Of a stretch of 63,432 bases of DNA, positions 9,213 to 20,700 are shown in pieces. The notes below the pieces were generated by a model. The model did not search any database and was not told the origin of the DNA. It saw only the letters and a program-made list of their open reading frames with translations. The DNA is from a bacterium (GTDB lineage: Bacteria > Patescibacteriota > Gracilibacteria > UBA1369 > PNNO01). Position 1 is the stretch's first letter; the number at the start of each line of letters is the position of its first letter. The stretch covers positions 1 to 63,432 of the forward strand of contig JAGGUZ010000015.1 of assembly GCA_021158225.1 (NCBI GenBank), read 5' to 3'. The position numbers and the translations under genes were made by a program.

Positions 9213-10061
9213 ATGGAAGATCTTATTGTAATAACAAAAATAGCAATAATTACTGTGGCTTCAATGCTTGCATTTGTGCCTATATTATTATGGGGGTATC
9301 ACTTTTATAAAAAGCACGCCGAAAAACAAAAGTATGTGGTTTTAACATTTGTTGCAGGGGCTTTATCGGTTATCCCGTTGCTTTCATATAGGCTTTTATG
9401 GAATTATTTTCCTTGGATAAATGCGTTTCTATGGACAAGAAATTTGAAGGCTGATTTAGTTGGTTTTTCAACTTTTGCATTGGTTCCCATATCGGTTATT
9501 GCAACTTTTATGCTTGTTGGAATTATAGAGGAAACATCAAAAATGCTTGCTGTACGGACTATAGATGTGAAGGTGTTTAAAAGTATCGATGATGTAATAG
9601 AGTTTGCAATAATAGCGGCTCTTGGGTTTTCGTTTATAGAAAATATTATTTATTTTTATAATATTATTAGTGTTCGTGGGTTTGAACAACTCTTATTTCC
9701 ATTTATTTTCAGATCACTCTTTTCTACTTTCGCACATATCATGTTTTCCGGTATTTTTGGCTATTATTACGGCATAGGCTATTTTGCGAATAAAGAACTT
9801 AAAAGTGAGATACGTAAAAACAGACATCCGTTTCTTAAATTTTTTCATAAATATTTCCATTTTAAAGAAAATATATTATTTAAAGATGAAAAAGTTCTTG
9901 AAGGGCTTTTTGTAGCTACAACATTACATGCCGTTTTTAATATTTTTCTTGAGATGGAATGGACGTTTCTTATAGTCCCATTCTTGTTTAGTGGGTATTT
10001 AATGCTTAATTATCTACTTAATCGAAAAGAATCTCTTAAAGAATACGGAAGAGTTTACTAA
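9213..10061 (+). CDS. PrsW-family intramembrane metalloprotease
   Basis: Multiple TM segments; GIIEETSK, ALGFSFIENI, FAHIMFSG, LHAVFN. An extended -10 TGTTATAAT at 9179-9187 favours the ATG at 9213. Confidence 0.88.
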   Translation: MEDLIVITKIAIITVASMLAFVPILLWGYHFYKKHAEKQKYVVLTFVAGALSVIPLLSYRLLWNYFPWINAFLWTRNLKADLVGFSTFALVPISVIATFMLVGIIEETSKMLAVRTIDVKVFKSIDDVIEFAIIAALGFSFIENIIYFYNIISVRGFEQLLFPFIFRSLFSTFAHIMFSGIFGYYYGIGYFANKELKSEIRKNRHPFLKFFHKYFHFKENILFKDEKVLEGLFVATTLHAVFNIFLEMEWTFLIVPFLFSGYLMLNYLLNRKESLKEYGRVY

Positions 10062-10134
10062 AAACTTGATTTACTTGCGTCAATATGTTATTTTGACTGC
10101 TGCGCTTTTTTCTGTGTAAAATAAAATTTTATTA

Positions 10135-13026
10135 ATGATGGGAATAGACAAAATTGTTATTAAAGGTGCTAAAATTCACAATTTAAAGAATTTAAGTGTT
10201 GATGTGCCTAAAAATAAACTGGTTGTAATTACGGGACTTAGCGGATCCGGTAAATCTTCACTCGCCTTTGATACTATATATGCGGAAGGACAAAGACGTT
10301 ATGTGGAAAGTTTATCTACATACGCGCGTCAGTTTTTGCAGTTAATGGAAAAGCCCGATGTTGATTCTATCGATGGTCTTTCTCCGGCGATTTCAATAGA
10401 TCAAAAAACAGCGTCGAGAAATCCGCGTTCGACTGTTGGAACCGTTACGGAACTCTATGATTTTTTAAGACTTTTGTTTGCTAAAGTTGGGGAACCGCAC
10501 TGTCCAAATTGCGGGGCTCCGATTAGTAGACAAAGTGTGTCTCAAATTGTCGACATAATAGCCGAGATGCCCAAAGGGAAGAAGATACTGCTTCTTGCTC
10601 CTATCGTGCGTGACAAGAAAGGTATGCATCAAAAAGTATTTGAAAAAATCAAAAAAGACGGTTTTGTAAGAGTAAGAGTGGATGGTGAAGTTGTAAATGT
10701 CCTTCATATCCCGGATTTAGATGAAAACAAAAAACATTCGATTGAAATTGTTGTTGATCGTCTTGTTGTAAAGAATTTTAAAGAATTAAGCAGAGAACTT
10801 TCATCCGGAGAAAAAATAAAAATGCCAAATCCGGATAGGACTCGATTGGCAGATTCTGTAGAGATTGCGTTAAAGTACGGAGAGGGGCTTATGAAAGTTG
10901 TAGATAATGACACAGGGAAAGTGTCTATATACTCTGAACTTTTTGCTTGTACTAAATGTAATATCAGTATTCCGGAGATTTCTCCAAGGACTTTTTCGTT
11001 TAATAGTCCGCATGGGGCGTGTCCTGTTTGTCATGGTCTTGGGACTAAGCTTGAGATTGACCCGGATCTTGTTATGCCAAATAAAAAATTAACTCTTGCG
11101 GAGGGAGCTATAATTCCATGGTCGGCTACTACATCACATTTGTCGTGGTATAATCGTATTTTGGAAGCTGTAGCAAAGGCAAATAAATTTTCCATGAATG
11201 TTCCAATAGGCAAACTTGATGAAGAAACGATTGAAACTATTTTATACGGAACGGGTGATAGAAGATATAAAGTATCGATAAATAGACATGAAGATGGATC
11301 GGCTTTTCCCGGTGAATATAAAACGGTTTTTGAAGGGGTAATCCCTAACTTGGAGAGAAGATATAGAGAAACTGATTCGGATTACATAAGACGCAAAATA
11401 GAGCAATTTATGAGGATTTTAGAGTGTCCGTTGTGTCACGGGAATCGTCTGCGTCCGGAGGCTTTGTCTGTATTAATAGATAATAAGTCTATTATCGATA
11501 TAACGAAAATGTCTATTAAGGAAGCTATTAATTTCTTTCAAAATCTTACTTTCAGTAAGATGAAGGAGCAAATTGCCAAACAAATCTTGAAAGAGATTGA
11601 AAATAGATTGTCTTTTCTTGATAATGTTGGTTTGAATTATTTAACGCTTGATAGAACCGCAAACACTCTTTCCGGAGGGGAAGCCCAGCGTATTAGACTG
11701 GCAACACAAATAGGATCGCGTCTTTCAGGGGTTTTATATGTCCTTGACGAGCCATCTATCGGTTTGCATCAAAATGATAACAAAAAACTTATTAAAACGC
11801 TTGTTTCGTTAAGAGACTTGGGTAATACGGTAATTGTGGTTGAACATGATATAGATACTATGCTTGCAGCAGATTATATTCTGGATATTGGTCCGGGAGC
11901 TGGTAAGCAGGGAGGAGAAGTGATATCAAAAGGTACACCAACCGAGGTGATGAACGATCCGAATTCAATAACAGGACAATATTTAATTGGTAAAAAGGTG
12001 ATTCCTGTCCCAAAAGAAAGGAGAAAAGGGAATGGGAAGAAAATTTTTATAAAAAATGCACGAGAGCACAATTTGAAAAATTTAGATATTGAGATACCGC
12101 TTGGACTCTTTATTGGTGTTACTGGCGTATCGGGTTCCGGTAAATCAACTTTAATAAATGAAATTCTTGTAAAAGAAATATCCAGAGTTATAAATAGATC
12201 TAAGGCGCGTCCCGGACTACATGATTCAATAGAAAATATTAAGCATATTGATAAAATTATTAATATCGATCAATCTCCGATTGGAAGGACACCAAGATCG
12301 AATCCTGCGACTTATACGGGGGTATTTGTTGACATTAGAGATCTTTTTGCCAATACATCTGAAGCACGTATGCGAGGATATAAGGCCGGACGTTTTAGTT
12401 TCAATGTAAAGGGTGGAAGATGTGAAGCTTGTAACGGTGACGGTATGAAAAAGATCGAAATGCATTTTTTGCCTGATGTTTATGTTACATGTGATGTATG
12501 TAAAGGAAAAAGATATAACAAGGAAGTTCTTGAAGTAAAATATAGAGGAAAAAATATTGCTGAGGTTCTTGAGATGACGGTTGATGAAGCTCTTGAATTT
12601 TTCCAGGCGATCCCTTCTATTAAAATAAAGCTTAAAACGTTAAGTGAGGTTGGGCTTGGATATATTCATCTTGGACAACCGGCAACCACTCTTTCCGGTG
12701 GTGAGGCTCAACGTATAAAATTGGCTTCGGAGCTTTGTAAGCGTTCAACCGGAAAAACTTTCTATGTTTTGGATGAACCAACAACAGGTTTGCATTTTGA
12801 GGATATAAAAAGGTTGCTTGAAGTCCTAAAACGGCTTGTGGATAAAGGAAATACGGTTTTAACAATTGAACACAACTTAGATGTGATTAAGTCTGTGGAT
12901 TATGTTATAGACCTTGGTCCGCATGGTGGGGATGAAGGTGGAAAAATTATAGCCAAAGGGACTCCGGAAGAAGTTGCCAAAGTAAAAAATTCTTATACCG
13001 GAAAGTGGCTTAAAAAATATTTGTAG
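10135..13026 (+). CDS. uvrA: Excinuclease ABC subunit A
   Basis: Two ABC modules ([18 protein letters not shown], two LSGGEAQRI), zinc-finger CxxC pairs, [13 protein letters not shown]. Confidence 0.99.
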   Translation: MMGIDKIVIKGAKIHNLKNLSVDVPKNKLVVITGLSGSGKSSLAFDTIYAEGQRRYVESLSTYARQFLQLMEKPDVDSIDGLSPAISIDQKTASRNPRSTVGTVTELYDFLRLLFAKVGEPHCPNCGAPISRQSVSQIVDIIAEMPKGKKILLLAPIVRDKKGMHQKVFEKIKKDGFVRVRVDGEVVNVLHIPDLDENKKHSIEIVVDRLVVKNFKELSRELSSGEKIKMPNPDRTRLADSVEIALKYGEGLMKVVDNDTGKVSIYSELFACTKCNISIPEISPRTFSFNSPHGACPVCHGLGTKLEIDPDLVMPNKKLTLAEGAIIPWSATTSHLSWYNRILEAVAKANKFSMNVPIGKLDEETIETILYGTGDRRYKVSINRHEDGSAFPGEYKTVFEGVIPNLERRYRETDSDYIRRKIEQFMRILECPLCHGNRLRPEALSVLIDNKSIIDITKMSIKEAINFFQNLTFSKMKEQIAKQILKEIENRLSFLDNVGLNYLTLDRTANTLSGGEAQRIRLATQIGSRLSGVLYVLDEPSIGLHQNDNKKLIKTLVSLRDLGNTVIVVEHDIDTMLAADYILDIGPGAGKQGGEVISKGTPTEVMNDPNSITGQYLIGKKVIPVPKERRKGNGKKIFIKNAREHNLKNLDIEIPLGLFIGVTGVSGSGKSTLINEILVKEISRVINRSKARPGLHDSIENIKHIDKIINIDQSPIGRTPRSNPATYTGVFVDIRDLFANTSEARMRGYKAGRFSFNVKGGRCEACNGDGMKKIEMHFLPDVYVTCDVCKGKRYNKEVLEVKYRGKNIAEVLEMTVDEALEFFQAIPSIKIKLKTLSEVGLGYIHLGQPATTLSGGEAQRIKLASELCKRSTGKTFYVLDEPTTGLHFEDIKRLLEVLKRLVDKGNTVLTIEHNLDVIKSVDYVIDLGPHGGDEGGKIIAKGTPEEVAKVKNSYTGKWLKKYL

Positions 13027-13230
13027 GTAAAATTTTCATGTAATTTATTTTAGTGATTATATTTTTTTGCAAATTTATATTTTTCCTATACAAATATTGA
13101 TTAAGACAAAAAGCTAGACACGGACTTGGTGTTATAATTGGCTGTAAGCTTAATACTGGCTGTAAGACGACAAAATAATGCGTATATGTCCATATCTGTT
13201 CATTTGGCTTACAAATGCATGTGAATCGGT

Positions 13231-13280
13231 AAAGTTTAATCAAATTTAATAAAATTTAAATAAATTAAAATAAACTTGCC
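13231..13280. repeat. AT-rich imperfect direct repeats with 10-bp period
   Basis: aaagtttaat caaatttaat aaaatttaaa taaattaaaa taaacttgcc. Confidence 0.5.
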
Positions 13281-13429
13281 AAAACTATTGAAAAATTATT
13301 TAAGTTGTGATATATATAATAACGCTTCTTGAAATATAGGCATATTGTATAGAACTTGAAGAAACTTGCTAAAAGTGGTAAGATTTAGATAGAATTTGTT
13401 TATTTTGTCCAGAATTAAATCTTATTAAA

Positions 13430-13720
13430 TTGATCCCCGATAAATTACTTACCTCCGAGCAGGTTTCTAAAATACTCCAAGTACATCCATTCACCGTTTT
13501 AAAGTACATAAAAGCGGGAAAGCTTAAAGGAATCAAGCTGGGAAGGGTGTGGAGAATTCGTGAAAGTGATGTTGAAAGGTTCCTCGAAGAAAGATCCATG
13601 GCTTCTGCTGAACCAAACCAGACATTCAATCAAGAAAAGATCAAAGAGAAAGAAGAAAAAAATGAGGTTGAAAAACATATTATGCCGGATAATCAGAGCG
13701 ACCATTATATATTAGAGTGA
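13430..13720 (+). CDS. Excisionase/BldC-like (HTH_17, MerR-type) DNA-binding protein
   Basis: LLTSEQVSKILQVHPFTVLKYIKAGKLKGIKLGRVWRIRESDVERFL; TTG start; charged C-terminal tail. Confidence 0.88.
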   Translation: MIPDKLLTSEQVSKILQVHPFTVLKYIKAGKLKGIKLGRVWRIRESDVERFLEERSMASAEPNQTFNQEKIKEKEEKNEVEKHIMPDNQSDHYILE

Positions 13721-13732
13721 TTATTAGTTACT

Positions 13733-13903
13733 ATGATCTTTAACTGCATCAGTTGCGGGAAGGCTGTGTCAAGCCATCGAGATATTTGCCCATACTGCAA
13801 AACAGATATTACCGAAATCAACGAGAAACTCAATAGACAACCGAGTAACCATATGATTAAGGGTAAATTAAAAGGAACAATACTTGCATTTGTGCATCGT
13901 TAA
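13733..13903 (+). CDS. Small zinc-ribbon protein (56 aa), absent from the ORF track
   Basis: MIFNCISCGKAVSSHRDICPYCKTDITEINEKLNRQPSNHMIKGKLKGTILAFVHR: CxxC-x10-CxxC. It starts 12 nt after the HTH gene stop. Confidence 0.75.
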   Translation: MIFNCISCGKAVSSHRDICPYCKTDITEINEKLNRQPSNHMIKGKLKGTILAFVHR

Positions 13904-13964
13904 ATTAAAAAATGACTTCTTAAAAACAAACACAAGCCCTAGAAAGCCCTAGAAAAGCCTTAGC

Positions 13965-14000
13965 AAAGAACTCCCCAAAACATTCCCTCGGGGGTTTTTT
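13965..14000. terminator. Probable bidirectional intrinsic terminator
   Basis: AAAGAACTCCCC-loop-GGGGGTTTTTT between convergent genes. Confidence 0.6.
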
Positions 14001-14003
14001 GTA

Positions 14004-15035
14004 TTATTTGCATTGTTTGTCGGCCGATTGCTTAGAGCATTGCTTAAGGCTATCAAGTGGTTTGTAGGAGTCCTCGATTGTTTTATTTAAATCAGATAAA
14101 AGCTTTTCGTATGTGTTTGCAAGGGAGTCTCCCCCATATTTGTAAAGAGCCTTGTATTTTGCCGTTAGAGTTGCTTTTTCAAGAGCAGCTTTATGTTCTT
14201 GGTCAGCTTTGCTACTTGCAAGTTGCAATGTATCCAAACTTGGACTATCTCCTGTTTTTTTTGCGAGATCGTTGAACAGTTCTTGAGTGTTTTTAATTCG
14301 ACTTACAAATTCTATTCCACTCTCTTTTAAATTGTTTATAAAATTTTTCATTCCGGTTGCCGGAAGGTTTATTGCATTATCAAAGTCTTCTTTAAGGCTT
14401 TTTGCGTCGGCTCCCATGCCTTTTATTGTATTAACAAGATGATCCCATTTTTTAATCAACATTTGTATGCTTGCATCTTGGCATTTTGAATAGCTGGAAG
14501 CTAATCTGCTTTTATATTTGGATTTATATTTATCGAATATTTTTTTAAATTCTTCTTCCGTAAATAATAATTTTTTATCAACATATTTTTCTTTTAATTG
14601 GCTATATACTTTTTCCTCCGGGATTAATCTACCGTTTTTATCTGCGAATGAAACAAAGTTTCTTAAATAATCCAGTTCTATTTCAAGTTTGTAATATTCT
14701 ATTTTCAAAAGGTTAACTTGATCGTCTTTACATCCGAGAATCGCCACTCTAAGCTGAGAACGAGTTGTATCAATTCGTCTAAGTATTGAATCTATATCCA
14801 TGTAATAACATGTATTTCGATTATATCTTATAAAAATATCTTTCCAATATTCATTAAAGTCGCTAATTGATATTGTTGAAGAAATAAAGGTATCCCATTC
14901 CGTAATACATGATGTGTTAATGCTCAAATCTGAGCCCGTTTGAGCTTTCGTCGAAAGTGGGGTTGCCATGAGTTGTAATATCAAAACAGCTACTAATAAG
15001 CTTATTCTCCCTCTTTGTATCGGTTTATTTTTCAT
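14004..15035 (-). CDS. Exported hypothetical protein (343 aa), helical, 6 Cys
   Basis: Signal peptide MKNKPIQRGRISLLVAVLILQLMATPLSTKA; ends KQCK; 4 nt from the upstream gene. Confidence 0.85.
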   Translation of the reverse strand: MKNKPIQRGRISLLVAVLILQLMATPLSTKAQTGSDLSINTSCITEWDTFISSTISISDFNEYWKDIFIRYNRNTCYYMDIDSILRRIDTTRSQLRVAILGCKDDQVNLLKIEYYKLEIELDYLRNFVSFADKNGRLIPEEKVYSQLKEKYVDKKLLFTEEEFKKIFDKYKSKYKSRLASSYSKCQDASIQMLIKKWDHLVNTIKGMGADAKSLKEDFDNAINLPATGMKNFINNLKESGIEFVSRIKNTQELFNDLAKKTGDSPSLDTLQLASSKADQEHKAALEKATLTAKYKALYKYGGDSLANTYEKLLSDLNKTIEDSYKPLDSLKQCSKQSADKQCK

Positions 15036-15039
15036 GATT

Positions 15040-16563
15040 TTAAGAACAGTATGGTTTAGTTGACAAATCCGTACATGGTATTTTCATTTTGTTTAGTTGT
15101 TTTAGTATTGTGTTAAAAGCTTGATTCATAGCTTCAAGCTCTCCTGATGTCATTTGATATTGAGTATTGTTAAGCTCTGTTGTTGTTTCTTCTTTTGATT
15201 CAGTTACATTTTTTTCTACTTTCTTTCGAATGATTTGGGTTCTGTCTTGCGCTTTAACCGTTATCTCATCGATAGTTGCATTATTGGATGCACCTTGTAG
15301 AGTTTCTTTTATGCTTCTGTTTTCTACGGTTGCTTGTGGTGGTGGATTTTTTGTTTTATAAAAATATGCATTAAATGCTTCTTTTAATTTGTTCCAATCT
15401 TTTTCTATATTAAGTTTTATATATTTATCTTGATTCGATTGTCTTGGCGGAGCAACTGCGACTGTTATTATATTCATGTTCACAGGTAAATTTGTGAATG
15501 ACGATTTGCATTTTGGAACTTCAAACAGATTTCCTGACAATTTATTAGCCGATAAAGGCTTGCTTAGAAGCTTATCGAGGGCCTTATTTATATTTTGCAC
15601 ATGACATGCTATACAGTTGTCGGATTTTCCATATGCCTTAGCGCTTTTTATATCGAAGGAGATGTCTATGCAGTAAAAAGCTCCATCCGGACATAAATAT
15701 TTACTTGGCCATTCATCACTTTCGGCTTTTGGAAACTCAGGTTCATCCTTATTTCCATCCTCATTATTGTTATTGCCAGATTTATCATCTCCGTTTTGAT
15801 TCCGCTGTTGACTTTCATCAAAATCGGATATGGCATTATCAAGCACTGACTGCTTTGAAAAACAGTATAATGGTGAAAATTCAACACTGCTTGTTTGATT
15901 ATTCGTTTGAGATCCGGGGGTTTCATTTGTATTGTTGTTTTTGTCAAACAGGTCGTCTGTAAAGGCTTCATCTTCTTTATCGGAAAAATCAAAATCCGGT
16001 GTAGTAAATTTTCCACCAAACTCGCTTGTGGAAGACTCATTGAATAGAATTACTTCTATAACGGTAAGATCGCGCAGAATATCGAACTCTGAATTTGATG
16101 TATCTCCGTCCATGAATATTTCACTTGGTTTTGTTTGAAGTTCAAGTTCGCTACGTAGATTTTCCGTTTCCAATTCATTATTGTAATCGTTTAGGATCTT
16201 TGTATATTGAAACAGGATCTTACTAATATCAGCGTTTTCCTGTTTTTTTATCAATTGGCTCAGATCTCCGTTTACAACTATTGATCTTATTTGATCTTCA
16301 GTCATTGAATATTTCTTTGATATTGTTTTTGTAGCTCTATCTTTTGGGTCATTATTTATTTCTTTATATAATTTTAAATACATATCTTGATTTATGGCTG
16401 TTTTTGGCTTGTTTTTAACTTCATCCAATAATTCTTCCACAACAGTTTTATCTGTTGTTTCAGAAGGCTTTGTTTTCGCTTTATTTGTTTTAGCGCTTGC
16501 GATTTGCATGCTCGCAAGTATTAACAATGTTATGGCCGATATGTAAACAAGTTGTTTTCTCAT
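15040..16563 (-). CDS. Exported hypothetical protein (about 507 aa), 8 Cys, Asn/Asp-rich linker
   Basis: Signal peptide MRKQLVYISAITLLILASMQIASA (alternative start at 16578); ends PYCS. Confidence 0.85.
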   Translation of the reverse strand: MRKQLVYISAITLLILASMQIASAKTNKAKTKPSETTDKTVVEELLDEVKNKPKTAINQDMYLKLYKEINNDPKDRATKTISKKYSMTEDQIRSIVVNGDLSQLIKKQENADISKILFQYTKILNDYNNELETENLRSELELQTKPSEIFMDGDTSNSEFDILRDLTVIEVILFNESSTSEFGGKFTTPDFDFSDKEDEAFTDDLFDKNNNTNETPGSQTNNQTSSVEFSPLYCFSKQSVLDNAISDFDESQQRNQNGDDKSGNNNNEDGNKDEPEFPKAESDEWPSKYLCPDGAFYCIDISFDIKSAKAYGKSDNCIACHVQNINKALDKLLSKPLSANKLSGNLFEVPKCKSSFTNLPVNMNIITVAVAPPRQSNQDKYIKLNIEKDWNKLKEAFNAYFYKTKNPPPQATVENRSIKETLQGASNNATIDEITVKAQDRTQIIRKKVEKNVTESKEETTTELNNTQYQMTSGELEAMNQAFNTILKQLNKMKIPCTDLSTKPYCS

Positions 16564-16568
16564 GGTGT

Positions 16569-17195
16569 TTAGGTGCATGCGGTTGTAGTTGCGTCAATGA
16601 ATTTCCCGGGTAATTTTTCCACTTCCTTTCTAAATTCACTGAATTTTTTGTTGTATTTTGTTAGGCTTTTTATAATTTTTTCGTATTGAAGATGCATTTT
16701 GTATTTAATAAGAAGCTCGTTATATGTCTTGATAGATATATCTAAAGCTTTTTTTGATCTGTCCAGTTCGTTTGTGATTTCATTATGTTGCTCGGCCATT
16801 GTTAACGAGGCTTGTCCAAGCGTGATGTTTTCATCTTGTATAGTGATGTATGTTCCTCGTTTGTTTAATGCTATGGAATATTGGTCGTATTCTTTTGCTA
16901 CGGCCATTGCTAAGCAATAAGTGCTGTAGTTGTTTTCATTGCATTCATCGTTTTTCGGAGGTTTTGTTGTGCCTCCGCCTTTTTCACCCTTTTTTAAAAG
17001 GGTGAGTTTTTCATTAAAAATATCATTTACTCTTTTTTGATAAGACTTCTCTACCTCTCGAAGGCTTAGGTTCTCTTTGTCGTACGGATTTACTGCGGAA
17101 CTTGCATATAGCATATTTGCTGAGAGAATAGCTGATATTGCAATAATCAGAATAACAATGGAGCTTTGGATTGTTTTTTGTTTTATGTGTTTCAT
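16569..17195 (-). CDS. Exported hypothetical protein (208 aa), helical, 3 Cys
   Basis: The start at 17195 gives an ATGA overlap with the upstream stop. Signal peptide present; ends TACT. Confidence 0.85.
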   Translation of the reverse strand: MKHIKQKTIQSSIVILIIAISAILSANMLYASSAVNPYDKENLSLREVEKSYQKRVNDIFNEKLTLLKKGEKGGGTTKPPKNDECNENNYSTYCLAMAVAKEYDQYSIALNKRGTYITIQDENITLGQASLTMAEQHNEITNELDRSKKALDISIKTYNELLIKYKMHLQYEKIIKSLTKYNKKFSEFRKEVEKLPGKFIDATTTACT

Positions 17196-17734
17196 AAACA
17201 TTGTTTTACAAAACAAGGAACACGATTTTTTAATGAATTCCATTTTCCTAGCATTTGAGTAATATTAAGAACCAATTGATCCAGTTTTTTATTTATTTGT
17301 TGTAGTTTTGTCATAAAAGCTGTTGTAGTTTTAATGTTGGATGTTTGTTTATAATATGTTTTTAAGAGCGCTTGCATTGTTTGGATCTCGTCATTCATTT
17401 GTTTTGAGCATGCAAGTGTATCTTTTGTCTCGGAATAAAGTTTAAAGCCTTCTTGAGGCAGATATGATTCGTATTTTGTCCTAAGGTCTTTTTTATATAA
17501 TGTAAAACGTTTAAGGGCTAGATCCAGCAGTGAAGTGTTTGTTTTCTTACTTTGAAAGTGTTGATTTAAATAAGTTCTAAATTCTTCACTTTTTTTATCT
17601 ATGTAAGGTTTCATTTCCTCGACACATTTAATATCTTTCTCTTTGGAATTGCTATTTTGCGCATTTGTAATATTTACATGCGGAAATGTTAACAATAAAA
17701 ACATGAATATTACGATGCTGATTTTATTCTTCAT
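17192..17734 (-). CDS. Exported hypothetical protein (180 aa), helical, 4 Cys
   Basis: Signal peptide MKNKISIVIFMFLLLTFPHVNITNA; overlaps the end of the giant gene by 11 nt; ends KQCL. Confidence 0.85.
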   Translation of the reverse strand: MKNKISIVIFMFLLLTFPHVNITNAQNSNSKEKDIKCVEEMKPYIDKKSEEFRTYLNQHFQSKKTNTSLLDLALKRFTLYKKDLRTKYESYLPQEGFKLYSETKDTLACSKQMNDEIQTMQALLKTYYKQTSNIKTTTAFMTKLQQINKKLDQLVLNITQMLGKWNSLKNRVPCFVKQCL

Positions 17735-20700
17735 ATTTCAGTTGGTTACTTTTTGCAAATATTGTAGATAAATCTTTTGTTCCAATTACGGCGAAGAAAT
17801 CATCTCCCGGAATAAGATCTGCTTTGTGGTCGAGAGCTGATATGCATGGACAAGAATTACATGTTGGCGTAACTATATATACCCCTTCTCCCAAGCCACT
17901 TCTTGGGTCTTTGTCTATGTTAGACAAGTCATCAGACTGGTTAAGAGGATCTGTCCCGCGTGATACTTCAAGCCCATCCATAATACCACCGTTGTCGGTG
18001 TCTGGGTCGTATGGGTCTGTCTTATATATTTCAATTTCGTCTTTTGTGGTCAGACCATCGTTATCGTCATCAAATGGATCGTCTGCAGGGAAGTTTACAG
18101 GATTTGTTCCATGTTCAACCTCGTCTTTATCATTTGTTCCGCCATGATCCGTATCGGGGTCAAATGGGTTTGTGCCAAATCTATATTCGTCAATATTGAT
18201 TAGACCTTCATGATCAGGATCTTTTGTTGCATCCGATGGGGCAAATGGGTCTAAGCCATTTTTAAGTTCCCAGACACTTGGCATACCATCATTATCATCA
18301 TCAATTAAGTAGCAGTCAAAGGCTTTTAATACTCTATCGGCAATTGCAACAAATTCAGCTCGAGTTATTTTTACATTTGGATTTCCAGCTTCTTCCGGAG
18401 TAAGTATATAAGTTTTATTTACTGCACTTTTTTTAAGTAGAACAGGAGATAGATCTTGTGCAACGGCAATATATGGAGCGTACCATGGATCATCATCTGT
18501 TTTCGTTATACCTCGTAGGCTTATAATTTTTTGTTTTTCCAAAGCTTCAAGTACTATTTTTACAGCTTCGGCACGTGATATTGAGGTATCCGGTTTAAAT
18601 GGTAAAAGCCCTGTAGCTCTATCTATTTCTCCGATATAACCGGATATAAAGCCTTGATATACTGCTTCTTTAATAATTGAGTAATAATAATCTTCTTTTG
18701 AATATTTAATATCCGAAAATAAACTTGGTTCTTTGTAGCTCTCCGGTCTTGGGATTATACAGAGCATTTTCAAGATAATATCAGTAAAATCTTTACGAGA
18801 AATAAATCCATTCGGATTAAAGTTTATTACTCCATCTTTAAATTCTCCTCGTAAAATATTTTTTTGCGAAAGATTAATTATTGAATTGTAATATGGGTCA
18901 TCTTTGTTTACATCATTAAATGGCGAAGTTGCTTTTTTTGTAGGATCTTTACCGAAGGCAATTTCTTGACTATCCGTAAATCCGTCACCATCGGAATCGT
19001 TGTTTAACGGATTTGTCTTCAATCTGTATTCCTCCAAGTTGGAAAGTCCGTCTTTATCACTATCTTTAAGTGCATCTCCCGGATTTCGTGCATTAAATCC
19101 GTACATAAATTCAAAATAATCCGGCATTCCATCGTTGTCTTGGTCGGACATCGTGTTCGCTTCAGGGGGGAGACCCAAAGCATCTCTATCCGTAATAGTA
19201 GCCGAGTTTCCATTATTAATTGCAATATAAGTTTGAGCTATAACTTTTCCATCATATAAAATTTCTATAACAAGAGGATCGTTTTCTTGAGATGGTTTTA
19301 GTTGTAAATCAAGATTGTCTACAAAAAAGTATATGTTCCCGCCGGCATCGACAATTGCTATTCTTTTGTCTACTGACGAGTCTTTTATCTCTGAGGCTCC
19401 GGTAAAATTAGGATCCGATGCCGGCAAATTGTCTATCGTAAATTGATCATTTGTGTCTTTGTCTTTAATATGTACTCCTTCAAACGATACAACCGAATCT
19501 GTTGTATATTCGGTATCCTGATTATCGATTACAACGTCCGTATTTTGATCCGGAATTAATAAAATAGTTAGCAAAATTGTTTCGGTGGATTTTTCTTTTA
19601 CCACAAGCCTTGTTGGCATTGTAGGAGGAACTGCTTCAAGTACATCCACATAATATCTATTGTCAATAATGGTAATTCGTCCGGTTTTGTCGTCTATTTC
19701 GGCAACGGTATCTCCATCGGAATTTTTTAAAATCAAAGTGTCTTCAAATTTAAGATTCTTAACTTTAAACAAACCTTCTTTATCTGTAGAGTACATGCCG
19801 TTTTTATCTGCTTCGTCTGTAATTAATTGTTTACTAAGACCTTCTCTTTCACGAATTAATGCAATTGGGATATCTTTGGCAGGAGGATTAATTGAACCAG
19901 TTATAGTTTTTTCATGACTCGAAGCTTCATCAAGAGTGATGGTTGGAATGACTATATTTATTGTTATTACTTGTTTGCCGTCATTTAGAGATTCATCAAT
20001 AGCGTTAAGTACAACAATTTTTTTGCCGATTTCTTCAAAAGGTCCAAGTTCAAATATAGGATTTGTTTTATCGCTATTTGTAATGTCTCGGTCGTTCATA
20101 GGCTCTCCATCGTTATTCGAGTCCGTTTCCGGATCATTATCTAAGTAGTATTCGGTAATATTTCCTTCAGTATCAAATGATGAAGATGCATCAAGTCTCA
20201 AAGTTTGATAAAGAATTACTGTTTTTTCAGAAGGTCCGGCTTGCGCATACGGAGGTTGTTTGTCCGAACATAGTTGAGGTGCAAGTAGCTCGGTTTCCGA
20301 AGGATTACTTCTGTTCCCATTTTCATCAAACGTATATATTTGAGCGTAATAATTCCCTTCATCCGTATCCAATGAAACAAACGGATTGTTTGGGTCTATT
20401 AATTCTTTCATAAGCAATGTGTCTTGAGGACCAAGATATGTTTGTGCCCCATTCATAAACTTAACGGATGTATATCCACTTGTCATTTCGATGTAATCTC
20501 CAAAATTAACGAGCATTCCTTCTTCAAGTTTTTCCTCTGTTTTTTCTTCGGATTTTGGGTCAAAAATTTCAACTTTTCCGCTTGCAACTTGCAATGTCAA
20601 ATCATCAAAATAATTTTCCGAAATTGGCATTAATACATTTTTACTAAGAGCCAAAGTTTGTTTGTTCTTATCCGGCGGAGTAATTACAATAATACTGTCT

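Noticed and set aside
13027..13429. Replication origin in the long AT-rich gap near recF
   Set aside because: No cluster of TTATCCACA-type DnaA boxes seen, and no dnaA or dnaN in the window.
13430..13720. Prophage or integrative element suggested by the excisionase-like gene
   Set aside because: No integrase, att-like repeats or phage genes nearby; the flanks are chromosomal genes.
15599..15616. CIACH (CxxCH) heme c-binding motif in the 507-aa exported protein
   Set aside because: It is a single motif in a protein with an even number of Cys, and no cytochrome c maturation genes are in the window. Disulfides are the simpler reading, though not excluded without the whole genome.
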